Shown here: one piece after another, positions 9,857 through 24,380 of the stretch | Layout: each line of letters starts with the position of its first letter | Numbering within the stretch: the stretch's first letter is position 1 | Source: Desulfosoma sp. | GTDB lineage: Bacteria; Desulfobacterota; Syntrophobacteria; Syntrophobacterales; DSM-9756 | Reading direction: 5' to 3' | NCBI GenBank assembly: GCA_037481835.1 | Contig: JBBFKW010000010.1 | Location: 108,234-172,233 of the forward strand | DNA length: 64,000 nt | Made by a program: the position numbers and the translations under genes | Notes under the pieces: model-generated | The model's database searches: none | The model's input: the letters and a program-made list of their open reading frames with translations, nothing else | What the model was told of the DNA's origin: nothing

Positions 9857-11929
9857 CTTTTCGGCCTTGGCGGCTTCGATGATCTTTTCCTGAAGCTGGG
9901 CCGGCACTTCTTCGTAATGGGAAAACTTCATAGTGAACATGCCGCGGCCGGCGGTCATGGAGCGCAGATCCGGCGCGTATTTGAGCACTTCCGCAAGGGG
10001 AACCTGGGCGCGAACGATCTGTTTGTTGCCCTGGCTGTCCATCCCCAGGACCTTACCCCGCCGGGAATTGAGATCCCCGATGACGTCGCCCAGGCAGTCG
10101 TCCGGGATGATCACTTCCAGATGGACGATGGGTTCCAACAAGGTGGGCTTGGCCTCCGCCACGGCTTTCTTGAAGGCCATGGAACCGGCGATCTTGAAAG
10201 CCATTTCCGAGGAGTCCACGGCGTGGTAGGAGCCATCCACCAAGTCGACCTTAAAGTCGATCACCGGATAGCCGGCCACCACCCCTTCCTGAGCGGCCTC
10301 CACAATGCCTTTTTCCACCGCGGGGATGTACTGCCTGGGAATGACACCGCCCACGATCTTGTCCACGAACTGGAAGCCTTCCCCCCGGGGCAGGGGTTCC
10401 ATCTCGATCCAGCAGTCCCCGTACTGGCCCCGCCCTCCCGTCTGCTTCTTGTACTTGCCCTGGACCCGTGCCTTGCCCTTGATGGTTTCCTTGTAGGGCA
10501 CTTTGGGCAGGCGCAGGTTCACTTCCACACCGAACTTGCGTTTCAGCTTGTCGATGGTCGCCTCGATGTGGATTTCGCCCATGCCCGAGAGGATCATTTC
10601 CTTGGTCTCGTCGTTGCGTTCCAGCTTGAGGGCCAGGTCCTCTTCCATGAGGCGGGCCAAGGAACTGAAAATCTTGTCCTCGTCGCCTTTGCTCTTGGGT
10701 TCGATGGCCAAGGAATAGACGGCGGCGGGCAGTTCGGGGAAGGGAAAGACGACGGCGTTCTTTTCGTCGCAGAGCGTGTCCCCGGTGGTGGTTTCCTTAA
10801 GCTTGGCCACGGCCACGATATCGCCGGGGCCCGCTTCCTGGAGGCTTTCCTGGGCCTTTCCTTTGATGCGCAGCAGTTGCCCGTAGCGCTCCTTGGACTT
10901 CTTCGTGCTGTTGAACACGGTGGCATCGGGCTTCATGGTCCCTGAAAAGATGCGCACCACGGAAAGCCGGCCGGCATAAGGATCGCTGATGGTCTTGATC
11001 ACCAGTCCCGAATAGGGCGCGGCCGGGTCGGGTTCCCTTTCCACGGAATTTTGCCCATCCAAGGACGTCCCCTTCTTGGGACCGCGATCCAGAGGCGACG
11101 GGAAGCACTCGACGATGATGTCCAAGACTTGGGCCACGCCCACGTTGGCCGTGCCGGAACCGCACGTGATGGGGATGAGGCGCCCGGCGATCACGGCACT
11201 GCGCAAGCCTCCCGTTATCTCGTCCTGGGTGAGCTCCTGGCCTTCCAGGTATTTTTCCAAGAGCGCATCGTTGGCTTCGCACACATTTTCCACAAGCATT
11301 TCTTTATATTGAGCCGCCAGGTCCAGCACTTCCGCGGGCGCGTCCTTCACGTCGAATTTGCCCGTTTCTCCATGGGTGTAGAAAAAGGCCTTGCCCGTGA
11401 GGACATCGACGACACCTTGAAAATTCTCGGCACTGCCGATGGGTACCGTCAAGGGCACGCACCGGGTTCCCAGCTGGTGGCGGATGTTGTCCACGGTCTT
11501 CACGAAGTCGGCCCGTTCGCGGTCCATCTTGCTGATGAAAACCATGCGCGCCAGGCCCAATTCCTCGGCGAATTCCCACACCTTTTCCGTCTGCACCTTG
11601 ACGCCGTCGATGGCATCCACGACAACCAGTGCCGCATCCGCCCCCTGGAGCGAACTCTTGGTTTCGGCGATGAAATTGAAATCGCCCGGCGTGTCGATCA
11701 CGGTGCAGGAATGCTTTTTCCAGGGGAAGGTGTTGAAGGCCGTGCTGATGGTGATCTTGCGGCTGACTTCCTCGGGTTCGAAATCCATGACGGACGTGCT
11801 TTCGTCCACCTTGCCCAGGCGCGTCGTCGCGCCGGCGGTAAAGAGCATGGCCTCCGCCAAAGACGTCTTTCCCGCGCCTCCGTGGGAAATGATGGCAAAC
11901 GTTCGGACCTTGCCTACCGATTCACTCAT
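9842..11929 (-). CDS. fusA: Elongation factor G paralogue (EF-G2-like)
   Basis: Full EF-G architecture (GMGEIH, KKQTGGRGQYG, VDSSEMAF); deviant G motifs SHGGAGKT, DTPGD, SKMD; not in an rpsL-rpsG operon. Confidence 0.9.
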   Translation of the reverse strand: MSESVGKVRTFAIISHGGAGKTSLAEAMLFTAGATTRLGKVDESTSVMDFEPEEVSRKITISTAFNTFPWKKHSCTVIDTPGDFNFIAETKSSLQGADAALVVVDAIDGVKVQTEKVWEFAEELGLARMVFISKMDRERADFVKTVDNIRHQLGTRCVPLTVPIGSAENFQGVVDVLTGKAFFYTHGETGKFDVKDAPAEVLDLAAQYKEMLVENVCEANDALLEKYLEGQELTQDEITGGLRSAVIAGRLIPITCGSGTANVGVAQVLDIIVECFPSPLDRGPKKGTSLDGQNSVEREPDPAAPYSGLVIKTISDPYAGRLSVVRIFSGTMKPDATVFNSTKKSKERYGQLLRIKGKAQESLQEAGPGDIVAVAKLKETTTGDTLCDEKNAVVFPFPELPAAVYSLAIEPKSKGDEDKIFSSLARLMEEDLALKLERNDETKEMILSGMGEIHIEATIDKLKRKFGVEVNLRLPKVPYKETIKGKARVQGKYKKQTGGRGQYGDCWIEMEPLPRGEGFQFVDKIVGGVIPRQYIPAVEKGIVEAAQEGVVAGYPVIDFKVDLVDGSYHAVDSSEMAFKIAGSMAFKKAVAEAKPTLLEPIVHLEVIIPDDCLGDVIGDLNSRRGKVLGMDSQGNKQIVRAQVPLAEVLKYAPDLRSMTAGRGMFTMKFSHYEEVPAQLQEKIIEAAKAEKAEKA

Positions 11930-12274
11930 GCGTCGTTCCTTTCTGCGCCTGCGCCCCGTGCCCTACGGGGCAGATCCTTCGATCATCCCCGAAAACCGAA
12001 AAGACGGCGAAAAACCGATCTAATCCAATCCCTTACGGGGGCTTCGGAAAAAAGGATCGGTCCCGCCGCGGACTTTACGAGGAAAAGCACAAGTGACGTT
12101 CTTAGATGAAGGGCACGAGAAAAGTCAAGAACAATCCCGACTTGGCTCGTATGGGAAGCGTCCTGGAATTTTCTCTATCGCCGCAAGAAAAGACTTCCTC
12201 TCGGAGCGCTTTTCTGATTTTTTATAGCTTTTCAAAACGCCGTCACGTTCGGGAGAAAAGGTCGGAGATTTTCC

Positions 12275-13258
12275 ATGCCCAAAGAGGCTTCATCGCTGCT
12301 CCATCAGGTTTTTCAGGAGTTAGAGGGGCCCGCCGTGGATGCCCTCAAGGACTTCCTCGATTTCCTCCGGTCCCAGCGGGCGTTGAGTCCGGCTACGGTC
12401 AGGAGTTACGGGGCCGACCTGGCCCAGTGGTTTCTTTTCCTGAAGGATCTCCTGGGCCGATCGCGCCTGGAAATGGACGACCTCTCGGAAACCTCCCTGC
12501 GCCGTTTCGTCTTCCACAGGCATCCGCGCCTGGCCAAGAGCAGCCAGGCGCGCGCCTTGGCGACCTATCGATCCTTTTTCCGGTTCCTTATGGAAAGGCA
12601 CGGCCTGGAGCGGAATCCGGCCCGATCTTTGCGGTCCCCCAAGGCGAGCGTCACGGTGCCCGCCTTTTTGGACGTGGATGATATGACGGCCTTCCTGGAC
12701 GCCCTGCAAAGAAACGCCCAAGGCCCATCGGCCCCGTGGATCGCCGTGCGCGACTGGGCTCTTTTCGAAACCCTTTATTCCACGGGGCTGCGGGTCGGAG
12801 AATTGGTTCGGCTGAATCACGGGCATATCGACATGCACGAGGGCATGGTGCGCACCGTGGGCAAAGGCGCCAAGGAACGAATCGTTCCCATCGGATCCAA
12901 GGCCCTGGACGCGATCCGCTCCTACCTTGCCGCCTTCAGGAACCAATGGCAGGGCCCCTACGACCAGGACGCCCTGTTCTTGAACGCCCGGGGTGGGCGC
13001 CTGTCCGATCGCTCCGTGCGGCGCCTCCTGACGGAAAGGCTTCGGGATGCGGGGCAATGGCGGCCGCTCAGCCCCCACGGCATCCGCCACAGTTTCGCCA
13101 CACACCTTCTGGGTTCGGGAGCCGATCTTCGAAGCATCCAGGAAATGCTGGGCCACGCCGGCCTTTCCACAACCCAGCGATACACAAAGGTCGATTTGGA
13201 CCGGCTCATGAGCGTCTATGACGCCGCCCATCCCAGAAGCCGAAAAGAAAGCCCCTAA
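12275..13258 (+). CDS. xerC: Tyrosine recombinase XerC
   Basis: [37 protein letters not shown]; upstream of hslVU. Confidence 0.88.
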   Translation: MPKEASSLLHQVFQELEGPAVDALKDFLDFLRSQRALSPATVRSYGADLAQWFLFLKDLLGRSRLEMDDLSETSLRRFVFHRHPRLAKSSQARALATYRSFFRFLMERHGLERNPARSLRSPKASVTVPAFLDVDDMTAFLDALQRNAQGPSAPWIAVRDWALFETLYSTGLRVGELVRLNHGHIDMHEGMVRTVGKGAKERIVPIGSKALDAIRSYLAAFRNQWQGPYDQDALFLNARGGRLSDRSVRRLLTERLRDAGQWRPLSPHGIRHSFATHLLGSGADLRSIQEMLGHAGLSTTQRYTKVDLDRLMSVYDAAHPRSRKESP

Positions 13259-13281
13259 CTCCCTGTCGAGAAAGGATGCTC

Positions 13282-13845
13282 ATGCCTTCCGCGCACTTTC
13301 CAAAGAGCCGATCCGCCGTCATTCACGGCACCACGATTTTGGCCATCCACAGAGAGCACCAGGTGGTCATGGCCGGAGACGGCCAGGTGACCTTCGGCGA
13401 TACGGTGATGAAACAGCAGGCCCGTAAAGTCCGCAAGATGTACCACGATAGGATTCTCGCCGGTTTTGCCGGTGCCACCGCGGACGCCTTCACCCTGTTC
13501 GAAAGGCTGGAGGCGAAGCTGGAACAGTACAGCGGCAATTTGAAAAGAGCCGCCGTGGAACTGGCCAAGGACTGGCGCATGGATCGGGCCTTAAGGCGCC
13601 TGGAAGCCTTGCTCATCGCCGCGGACCGCAGCCAATGCTTGATCCTGAGCGGCACCGGGGATGTCATCGAACCGGACGACGGCCTGGCCGCCGTGGGCTC
13701 GGGAGGGCCTTACGCCTTGGCCGCCGCCCGGGCCCTGCTCGCCCACACGGGCCTGCCGCTGCGCGCGGTGGCCGAAGAGGCCATGAAAATCGCCGCCCAA
13801 CTGTGCATCTATACCAACGAGGCTTTCACCATCGAGGAGCTGTGA
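13282..13845 (+). CDS. hslV: ATP-dependent protease subunit HslV
   Basis: GTTILA mature N-terminus, [22 protein letters not shown]. Confidence 0.96.
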   Translation: MPSAHFPKSRSAVIHGTTILAIHREHQVVMAGDGQVTFGDTVMKQQARKVRKMYHDRILAGFAGATADAFTLFERLEAKLEQYSGNLKRAAVELAKDWRMDRALRRLEALLIAADRSQCLILSGTGDVIEPDDGLAAVGSGGPYALAAARALLAHTGLPLRAVAEEAMKIAAQLCIYTNEAFTIEEL

Positions 13846-13849
13846 CGCC

Positions 13850-17359
<3,510 letters not shown>

Positions 17360-17363
<4 letters not shown>

Positions 17364-18274
17364 AGAGAGACTTCCTCACCCTGTGGGATGTGAGCGCCGA
17401 AGAGATTCATACTCTTATCGAAAATGGCATTCGTCTCAAAAAGGACTGGGCCGCCGGGCGCCTTAAACCCGTGCTGCAGCAAAAGACCCTGGGTCTCCTC
17501 TTTACCAAGCCGTCCACGAGAACTCGGGTGTCTTTCGAAGGGGCCATGCATCGGCTGGGAGGAAGCTGTACCTTCCTGAGCGTCCAGGACACGCAGCTGT
17601 CTCGAGCGGAACCCCTTTCGGATACGGCCCGGGTGCTCTCACGCTATCTCGACGCCCTGGTCGTGAGAACCTACGATCACAGCGATGTCGTGACCTTGGC
17701 CCGTTACGCCACCATCCCCGTCATCAACGGCTTGACGGACCTCTATCACCCATGCCAGGTGCTGAGTGACCTCATGACCGTGAAGGAAAAGAAAAACCGC
17801 CTTGAAAGCCAGGTGGTGGCCTGGATCGGAGACGGCAACAACATGGCGCATTCCTGGATCAACGCGTCGGCGCGGCTGGGCTTTCGCCTGAACATTTCGT
17901 GCCCGGAAGGCTATTGGCCGTCGGCACACATCCTGGAACGCGCCCGCCGGGAAGGGATCGCCGATATCGGGCTCTACGAGGACCCGGCCGAAGCGGTCAA
18001 AGACGCCACCGTGATCAACACGGACGTCTGGGCCAGCATGGGACAGGAACATGAAGCGGAAAAGCGCCGAAGCGTCTTTCGACCGTTCCAGGTGAACGCC
18101 GAGCTGCTCGCCAAGGCCCCGACGGACGCCATCGTAATGCATTGCCTGCCGGCGCACCGAGGTGAAGAAATCACGGAGGAGGTCCTGGAAGGGCCGCGCT
18201 CCGTCGTTTTCGACCAGGCGGAAAACCGCCTGCACGCCCAGGCCGCCTTGCTCCATTGGCTCTTGGTTCCGTAG
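17360..18274 (+). CDS. argF: Ornithine carbamoyltransferase
   Basis: STRTRVSF, HPCQ, DVWASMG, HCLPAHRG. Confidence 0.96.
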
Positions 18275-18400
18275 TATCTCTTGTCAAAATGCGGGGGCTT
18301 CCGTTATGTAGGACCTTTCTGAACGATTTTTCCAAAGCGCCTTGGGCAGAAAACGCGACCGCACAGCCGCCCCGGCGCCAGTAAGGAGAGACGAGCGATC

Positions 18401-19609
18401 ATGGGCACAAGAAAAGTGGTTTTGGCCTATTCCGGGGGATTGGACACATCCATCATTCTCAAGTGGCTCATCGAAACCTACGGCTGCGACGTGGTGGCTT
18501 TCGCCGCCGACCTGGGCCAGGGCGACGATCTCCACGCCATCGAACAGAAGGCCCTCAACACCGGAGCCGTCAAAGCCCGCGTGGAAGACCTTCGGGAAGA
18601 ATTCGTCCGGGATTTCGTCTTTCCCGCGTTCCGGGCCAATGTCATCTACGAAGGCCAGTACCTCCTGGGGACCGCCATCGCCAGGCCGCTCATTGCCAAA
18701 CGGCAGGTGGAAATCGCCCGAGAAGAAGGGGCTGATGCGGTCAGCCACGGGGCGACGGGCAAAGGCAACGACCAGGTGCGCTTTGAACTCACCTACACCG
18801 CCTTGGCTCCAGACCTCAAGGTCATCGCTCCGTGGCGAGAGTGGAACCTCAAATCCCGCCAAGCCCTCTTGGAATTCGCCCGAAAGCACGGCATCCCCGT
18901 GCCGGTGACTCCGGAGAAGCCCTACAGCTGCGACGCCAATCTGCTCCACATCAGTTACGAGGGAGGGATCCTGGAAGATCCGTGGCGGGAACCGGACCCG
19001 TCCATGTTCACGCTCACGGTGGACCCTCGGGAAGCTCCCGATGAGCCCGAAGTCCTGGAGCTGGATTTTGTTCGAGGCGATCCCGTGGCGATCAACGGCG
19101 AGCCCATGACACCGGCCGCGCTGCTTAATACCCTCAACCGCATCGGCGGTCGCCACGGGGTGGGGCGGGCCGACGTCGTGGAAAGCCGGTTTGTGGGAAT
19201 GAAATCGCGAGGAGTCTACGAAACGCCGGGGGGCACCATTTTGAGGATCGCCCACAGGGCGATGGAATCCATCACCATGGACCGGGAAGTCATGTTCCTG
19301 CGCGACTCCCTTATCCCTCAGTACGCCAAGCTCATCTACAACGGGTTCTGGTACGCCCCGGAACGACTCGCCCTCCAAAGCCTCATCGACACATCCCAAG
19401 AAAACGTCTCCGGAACCGTGCGCCTGAAACTCTACAAGGGCAGCTGCACGGTCATCGGCAGGAAATCGGACCGGTCCCTTTACGATCCCCAACTGGCCAC
19501 CTTTGAAGAAGAAGATGTGTACCGTCAAAGCGACGCCACGGGCTTCATCCGGCTCCAAGGGCTTCGCCTGCGCGTCCAAAACCTGGTGAGAAGCCGCACA
19601 CAAGGATGA
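18401..19609 (+). CDS. argG: Argininosuccinate synthase
   Basis: [32 protein letters not shown]. Confidence 0.97.
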   Translation: MGTRKVVLAYSGGLDTSIILKWLIETYGCDVVAFAADLGQGDDLHAIEQKALNTGAVKARVEDLREEFVRDFVFPAFRANVIYEGQYLLGTAIARPLIAKRQVEIAREEGADAVSHGATGKGNDQVRFELTYTALAPDLKVIAPWREWNLKSRQALLEFARKHGIPVPVTPEKPYSCDANLLHISYEGGILEDPWREPDPSMFTLTVDPREAPDEPEVLELDFVRGDPVAINGEPMTPAALLNTLNRIGGRHGVGRADVVESRFVGMKSRGVYETPGGTILRIAHRAMESITMDREVMFLRDSLIPQYAKLIYNGFWYAPERLALQSLIDTSQENVSGTVRLKLYKGSCTVIGRKSDRSLYDPQLATFEEEDVYRQSDATGFIRLQGLRLRVQNLVRSRTQG

Positions 19610-19613
19610 AGGC

Positions 19614-21032
19614 ATGTCTGAGAAGATGTGGCAAGGCCGATTCGAACAGCCCACCGACAGCTTGGTGGAAGACTACACGGGATCCATCCACGTCGACCGG
19701 CGCCTTTACCGGTACGACATTCAGGGAAGCATCGCCCATTGCCGCATGCTGGGCGAATGCGGCATCATCCCCCATGAAGAAGCCGCTCAGATTATCCAGG
19801 GGCTGGGGGAAGTCCTGCGCGAAATCGAACGGGGCGAACTGCCCCTGGACGCCGCCCAGGAAGACATTCACATGGCCGTGGAACAGCGGCTCATGCAAAA
19901 GATCGGCGAGGTGGGAGGCAAGCTCCACACCGCCCGCAGCCGTAACGATCAGGTCGCTCTGGACACCCGGCTTTATCTTCGGGATGTGCTCTTGGATTGC
20001 CGCCGGCTCCTCCTTCAAACCGTCGGCACCCTGACCGATTTGGCCGAAAAGCACCTTCATGTCATCATGCCCGGCTACACCCACCTCCAACACGCCCAGC
20101 CCGTCCTGCTCGCGCACCACCTCATGGCCTATGCCGAAATGTTCCTGCGGGACGAAGAGCGCATGGCCCAGTGCTATCACCGCACCAACGTGCTTCCCTT
20201 GGGCAGCGCCGCCCTGGCCGGGACCACCTTCCCCATCGATATGGAGATGACGGCGCGCGCTTTGGGGTTTCCTCGAGTAACCCGCAATAGCATGGACGCG
20301 GTGAGCGACCGGGACTATTTGATCGAATTCTGCGCCGCCTCGGCTTTGCTCATGATGCACGTCAGCCGACTGGCCGAAGAGCTGATCCTGTGGTCGACGA
20401 CGGAATTCGCCTTTGTGGACATCAGCGATGCCTTCTGCACGGGGTCAAGCATCATGCCGCAAAAGAAGAACCCGGACGTCCCCGAACTCATGCGCGGCAA
20501 GACCGGCCGAGTCTACGGCAACCTCATGGCTTTGCTCACCCTGGTCAAGGGACTCCCTCTGACCTACAACCGGGATCTGCAGGAAGACAAGGAACCGGTC
20601 TTCGACACCGCCGACACGGTGCGCCAGACCCTTGCCGTGCTCAACAAGATGCTTCCCGAACTGCGGTTCCGCGAAGATCGCATGGAAGCCTGCGCCGCCC
20701 AAGGCTATGCGCTCGCCACCGAGATCGCGGATTACCTCGTGCGCAAAGGGGTGCCGTTCCGCAAAGCCCACCACGTGGTGGGCCAGTTGGTGCAGTACTG
20801 CGAAAAGGCGGGAAAGGATTTCACGGACTGCACACCGGAGGAACTGAAGAAATTCCACAAGGCTTTGGACACGGATCTCTTTGCGGCCCTGACGCTCCAA
20901 AGCGCCGTCGACAGGCGCACTTCCCTCGGGGGGACCAGTTCCCAAAGGGTCCGGGAAGCCATCGGCGCGGTGCGCGACGAAAGGGTGCGGCGGCTTGAAA
21001 CCGTGGATGCCGATGCTCCCCGGGTTTCCTGA
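19614..21032 (+). CDS. argH: Argininosuccinate lyase
   Basis: WQGRF, RSRNDQ, GSSIMPQKKNPD, YNRDLQEDKE. Confidence 0.97.
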   Translation: MSEKMWQGRFEQPTDSLVEDYTGSIHVDRRLYRYDIQGSIAHCRMLGECGIIPHEEAAQIIQGLGEVLREIERGELPLDAAQEDIHMAVEQRLMQKIGEVGGKLHTARSRNDQVALDTRLYLRDVLLDCRRLLLQTVGTLTDLAEKHLHVIMPGYTHLQHAQPVLLAHHLMAYAEMFLRDEERMAQCYHRTNVLPLGSAALAGTTFPIDMEMTARALGFPRVTRNSMDAVSDRDYLIEFCAASALLMMHVSRLAEELILWSTTEFAFVDISDAFCTGSSIMPQKKNPDVPELMRGKTGRVYGNLMALLTLVKGLPLTYNRDLQEDKEPVFDTADTVRQTLAVLNKMLPELRFREDRMEACAAQGYALATEIADYLVRKGVPFRKAHHVVGQLVQYCEKAGKDFTDCTPEELKKFHKALDTDLFAALTLQSAVDRRTSLGGTSSQRVREAIGAVRDERVRRLETVDADAPRVS

Positions 21033-21090
21033 ACATGCCGCCTCAGGCCTTTTCCATATGCCCCGGGCGACAATGATAAAGGATGGGACG

Positions 21091-22179
21091 ATGCGCGCGT
21101 GTGGTTTCAGGATCGGCAAGTCGGGAAAGAGATGGCTCTTTCGCACCCCTCTCATGGTCGCCCTGGTGCTTGCGGCCGGCTCTTGCGGCAAGAAAATGCC
21201 GCCCCGGCCCATAGGGCCCGAAGGCCCTCCCCAGGTCACGGGGATCCGAGCGGAAGTCATCGACGGGCATGTGCGGCTCTTATGGCCCATCCCGGACATT
21301 TTCCATCAGAAGAAACACCCCGGAGACTTGGTGTTCGTCATCAACCGGGAACAGACGGATCTGGAAAGAGCCCAATGCGGCGAGTGCCCTCCAGAAGCCA
21401 TGCAGACCCTGCTGCGCCTCGATCCCGACAGCCATGGGCCATGGACGGTCAGCCATAACACCGTCCAATGGACCGATACCTCCACGCAGCCCGATGGGGT
21501 CTACCGGTACTGGATCGGCATCATGGACAAGCGGGAGAGGGTCCTGTCCCTGTCTGCGCCCGTCCGCGTCCACGTCGCCCCCGCTCCCAAGGCGCTCAAA
21601 CAAGTGGAAACCCATGCGGACCAGCGCGGCCTTCTCGTGCGATGGGACCCCCCCAGCTCCCCGGCCAAGACACCGGACCTTCAAATGTCCTTTCTCATCG
21701 AAAGGCGTCAGAAGGGTCTGGACTGGGAACCCCTGAATCCGGAATTCTTTCAGGGAAACAGCTACTTGGACACTGCCGTCCAGCCGCAATACCACTACCA
21801 GTACCGAGTGCGCCCGGTGCGGCGCGTCTTGGACGCCGACGTCGTGGGTCCCTGGACGGAAGGCGCCTTCACCAAGGCGCCCGAAAAGGTCCCTCCACCG
21901 CCGCCCAAGACCGTCTGGGCCGTCCCGTCGGGGGATAAGATGGAAGTCCATTGGACCGAATCTCCCCTGCCCGTCTCGGGCTACCATGTGTATCGCCGGG
22001 ATGGAAAAACCATTATGCGGCTGACCTCGGAGCCTTTGAAGAACCCTCCGTACGTGGACAGCAAAGTGGAACCGAACAAGGTCTACGCCTACGCGGTTTC
22101 TTCGGTGAGTCCCGATGCGCCGTACAAGGAAGGGCTTCTTTCCAAGTGGGTGGAAGTGCGACACGTTCGTTTCAAATAG
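21091..22179 (+). CDS. Lipoprotein with fibronectin type III-like repeats (start uncertain)
   Basis: LAAGSC-GKKMPPRP lipobox; repeated L.W...Y.D..V.P...Y.Y.V FN3-like patterns. Confidence 0.75.
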   Translation: MRACGFRIGKSGKRWLFRTPLMVALVLAAGSCGKKMPPRPIGPEGPPQVTGIRAEVIDGHVRLLWPIPDIFHQKKHPGDLVFVINREQTDLERAQCGECPPEAMQTLLRLDPDSHGPWTVSHNTVQWTDTSTQPDGVYRYWIGIMDKRERVLSLSAPVRVHVAPAPKALKQVETHADQRGLLVRWDPPSSPAKTPDLQMSFLIERRQKGLDWEPLNPEFFQGNSYLDTAVQPQYHYQYRVRPVRRVLDADVVGPWTEGAFTKAPEKVPPPPPKTVWAVPSGDKMEVHWTESPLPVSGYHVYRRDGKTIMRLTSEPLKNPPYVDSKVEPNKVYAYAVSSVSPDAPYKEGLLSKWVEVRHVRFK

Positions 22180-22221
22180 GTCTGGACCGGACTCTCGAAG
22201 CGGATCGTTCGAGGAGAGCTC

Positions 22222-23472
22222 ATGCATCATTTTCAATATGAAAACGGGCGGCTGTGCTGCGAGAAGGTGCCCATCGAAAGCCTCGTCCGGGATGTGGGAA
22301 CTCCGGTGTACGTGTACAGCCGAGCGACCCTGACGCATCATTTTACGGTTTTCGACGGGGCCTTTTCCCACATTCCCCATCTCACGTGCTATTCCGTGAA
22401 GGCCAATTCCAACGTGGCCGTCTTGGCTCTTTTCGGGTCCCTGGGCGGCGGCGTGGACATCGTGTCGGGAGGCGAACTGTTTCGAGCGCGCCGGGCAGGC
22501 ATCAAGCCCGAAAAGATCGTCTATTCGGGCGTGGGCAAGACGCGCGAGGAAATCGACTACGCCCTTTCGGAAGACATTCTCATGTTCAACATCGAGTCGC
22601 GCCAGGAACTGGAAGCCATCAGCCAAAGGGCCCAGGCTCTGGGACGCACGGCTCGAATCGCCCTTCGCGTCAATCCCGACGTGGATCCCAAAACCCACCC
22701 GTACATCACGACGGGCATGGAAAAGAACAAATTCGGCATCCGCGTCGACGAGGCTCTGGAAAGCTATCGGCACGCCATGACCCTTCCGGGCGTGGACGTG
22801 GTCGGCATTGACTGCCACATCGGCAGCCAGCTCACCGAAACCGCCCCCTTCGTGGACGCCTTGAAACGGCTCCGGGCCCTCATGGGGCGCCTCCACGAGC
22901 TGGGGCTGTCCATCCGGTACCTGGATCTCGGAGGCGGCTTGGGAATCACCTACGCGGACGAAGAACCGCCCCACCCCACCGAATACGCCGAAGCGATCCT
23001 CAAGGAGATGGAAGGGCTGCCCTGCACGCTCATTTTCGAACCGGGCCGTGTCATTGTGGGAAACGCGGGCATTTTGGTCACGCGCGTCTTGTACACCAAG
23101 AAAACGCCGACCAAGCACTTCGTCATCGTGGACGCCGGCATGAACGACCTCATCCGCCCCAGCCTCTACGGCGCTTACCACCACATCCAGCCCGTGGTTC
23201 TTTCCGAGCGGGCGACGGAGACGGTGGACGTGGTCGGGCCCATCTGCGAAAGCGGCGATTTTCTCGCGCGAGAAAGGGCCATGCCGCAGGTCGCGCCGGG
23301 GGAGCTGCTGGCGGTGATGAGCGCCGGGGCCTACGGGTTCAGTATGGCCTCCAACTACAATTCCCGGCCGCGCCCCGCCGAAGTGCTCGTGGACGGCGAA
23401 ACGTACCACGTCATTCGGCGCCGTGAGACCTGGGACGATTTGGTGCGATTGGAAAACGTTCCCCAGATATGA
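22222..23472 (+). CDS. lysA: Diaminopimelate decarboxylase
   Basis: YSVKANSN, HIGSQ, DLGGG, EPGR, GPICESGD, GAYG. Confidence 0.97.
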   Translation: MHHFQYENGRLCCEKVPIESLVRDVGTPVYVYSRATLTHHFTVFDGAFSHIPHLTCYSVKANSNVAVLALFGSLGGGVDIVSGGELFRARRAGIKPEKIVYSGVGKTREEIDYALSEDILMFNIESRQELEAISQRAQALGRTARIALRVNPDVDPKTHPYITTGMEKNKFGIRVDEALESYRHAMTLPGVDVVGIDCHIGSQLTETAPFVDALKRLRALMGRLHELGLSIRYLDLGGGLGITYADEEPPHPTEYAEAILKEMEGLPCTLIFEPGRVIVGNAGILVTRVLYTKKTPTKHFVIVDAGMNDLIRPSLYGAYHHIQPVVLSERATETVDVVGPICESGDFLARERAMPQVAPGELLAVMSAGAYGFSMASNYNSRPRPAEVLVDGETYHVIRRRETWDDLVRLENVPQI

Positions 23473-23482
23473 GGCTGAACGG

Positions 23483-24343
23483 ATGGAGCGCATCCCCTTT
23501 TTCAAAATGACCGGCTCGGGAAACGATTTCATCGTCATTGACAACCGCTTGGGGATCGTGCCCTCCGACGGCTGCCGGGACTTCGTCCGGGCGGCGTGTC
23601 GAAGGAAGCTTTCGGCCGGTGCCGACGGCGTCATTCTCATTGAAAACGACCCGGAATGCGACTTTGCCTGGAGATTTTTCAACGCCGACGGCAGCGAAGC
23701 GGAAATGTGCGGCAACGGAGCCCGGTGCGCCGCTCGATTCGCCCGCCTTCTCGGAGTCGCATCGAACGACGCCATGACCTTCCGCACCCTTGCCGGAAAG
23801 ATCCGCGCCGTCGTGGACGGGGTCCGTGTGCGGGTGCAGATGCCGGCACCGCACGGCTACGAACCCGACATTGATGTGGACGCCGCCGAACAGTCCCTGC
23901 GCGTTCATTTCATCAACACGGGTGTCCCCCATGTGGTCGTCTTTGTGGATTCCCCTGAGACCTTGTCCCGGTTTGACGTCTTTTCCTTAGGAAGGGCTCT
24001 TCGGTATCACGCCCGGTTCGCCCCGGCGGGCACCAACGCCAATTTCGTCACCGTCCTCGACCCATCCCGGCTCAAGATCCGCACCTACGAACGCGGCGTG
24101 GAAGACGAAACGCTGGCCTGCGGCACGGGCTCCATCGCCGCCGCCCTCATCGCCGCCGCACGAGGACTGGTCCAACCCCCCGTTCGTGTGGAAACCCAAA
24201 GCGGCGAGACGCTCGTCATTCATTTCCGGCACGATGGGAAAGGCTTTCACGATGTTTTTCTGGAGGGGGACGCCCGAGTGGTCTATGAAGGCGTCTTGTG
24301 GGACGAAACGCTCGGCGGGACGCCCGAAGACCGGAAGTCGTAG
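23483..24343 (+). CDS. dapF: Diaminopimelate epimerase
   Basis: GSGNDF, EMCGNG, ERGVEDETLACGTG. Confidence 0.96.
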   Translation: MERIPFFKMTGSGNDFIVIDNRLGIVPSDGCRDFVRAACRRKLSAGADGVILIENDPECDFAWRFFNADGSEAEMCGNGARCAARFARLLGVASNDAMTFRTLAGKIRAVVDGVRVRVQMPAPHGYEPDIDVDAAEQSLRVHFINTGVPHVVVFVDSPETLSRFDVFSLGRALRYHARFAPAGTNANFVTVLDPSRLKIRTYERGVEDETLACGTGSIAAALIAAARGLVQPPVRVETQSGETLVIHFRHDGKGFHDVFLEGDARVVYEGVLWDETLGGTPEDRKS

Positions 24344-24380
24344 GTTTTTTCTTCACCCATAGGAATCACAGGAGGGACCC

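Noticed and set aside
12275..13258. Tyrosine recombinase as an island integrase
   Set aside because: XerC-like motifs, host-like GC and the conserved xerC-hslVU context
21280..23787. 835-aa minus-strand ORF (and similar shadows at 13826-15241, 15681-17261, 30283-32016, 43382-45514)
   Set aside because: Antisense to well-supported genes; shadow-ORF composition
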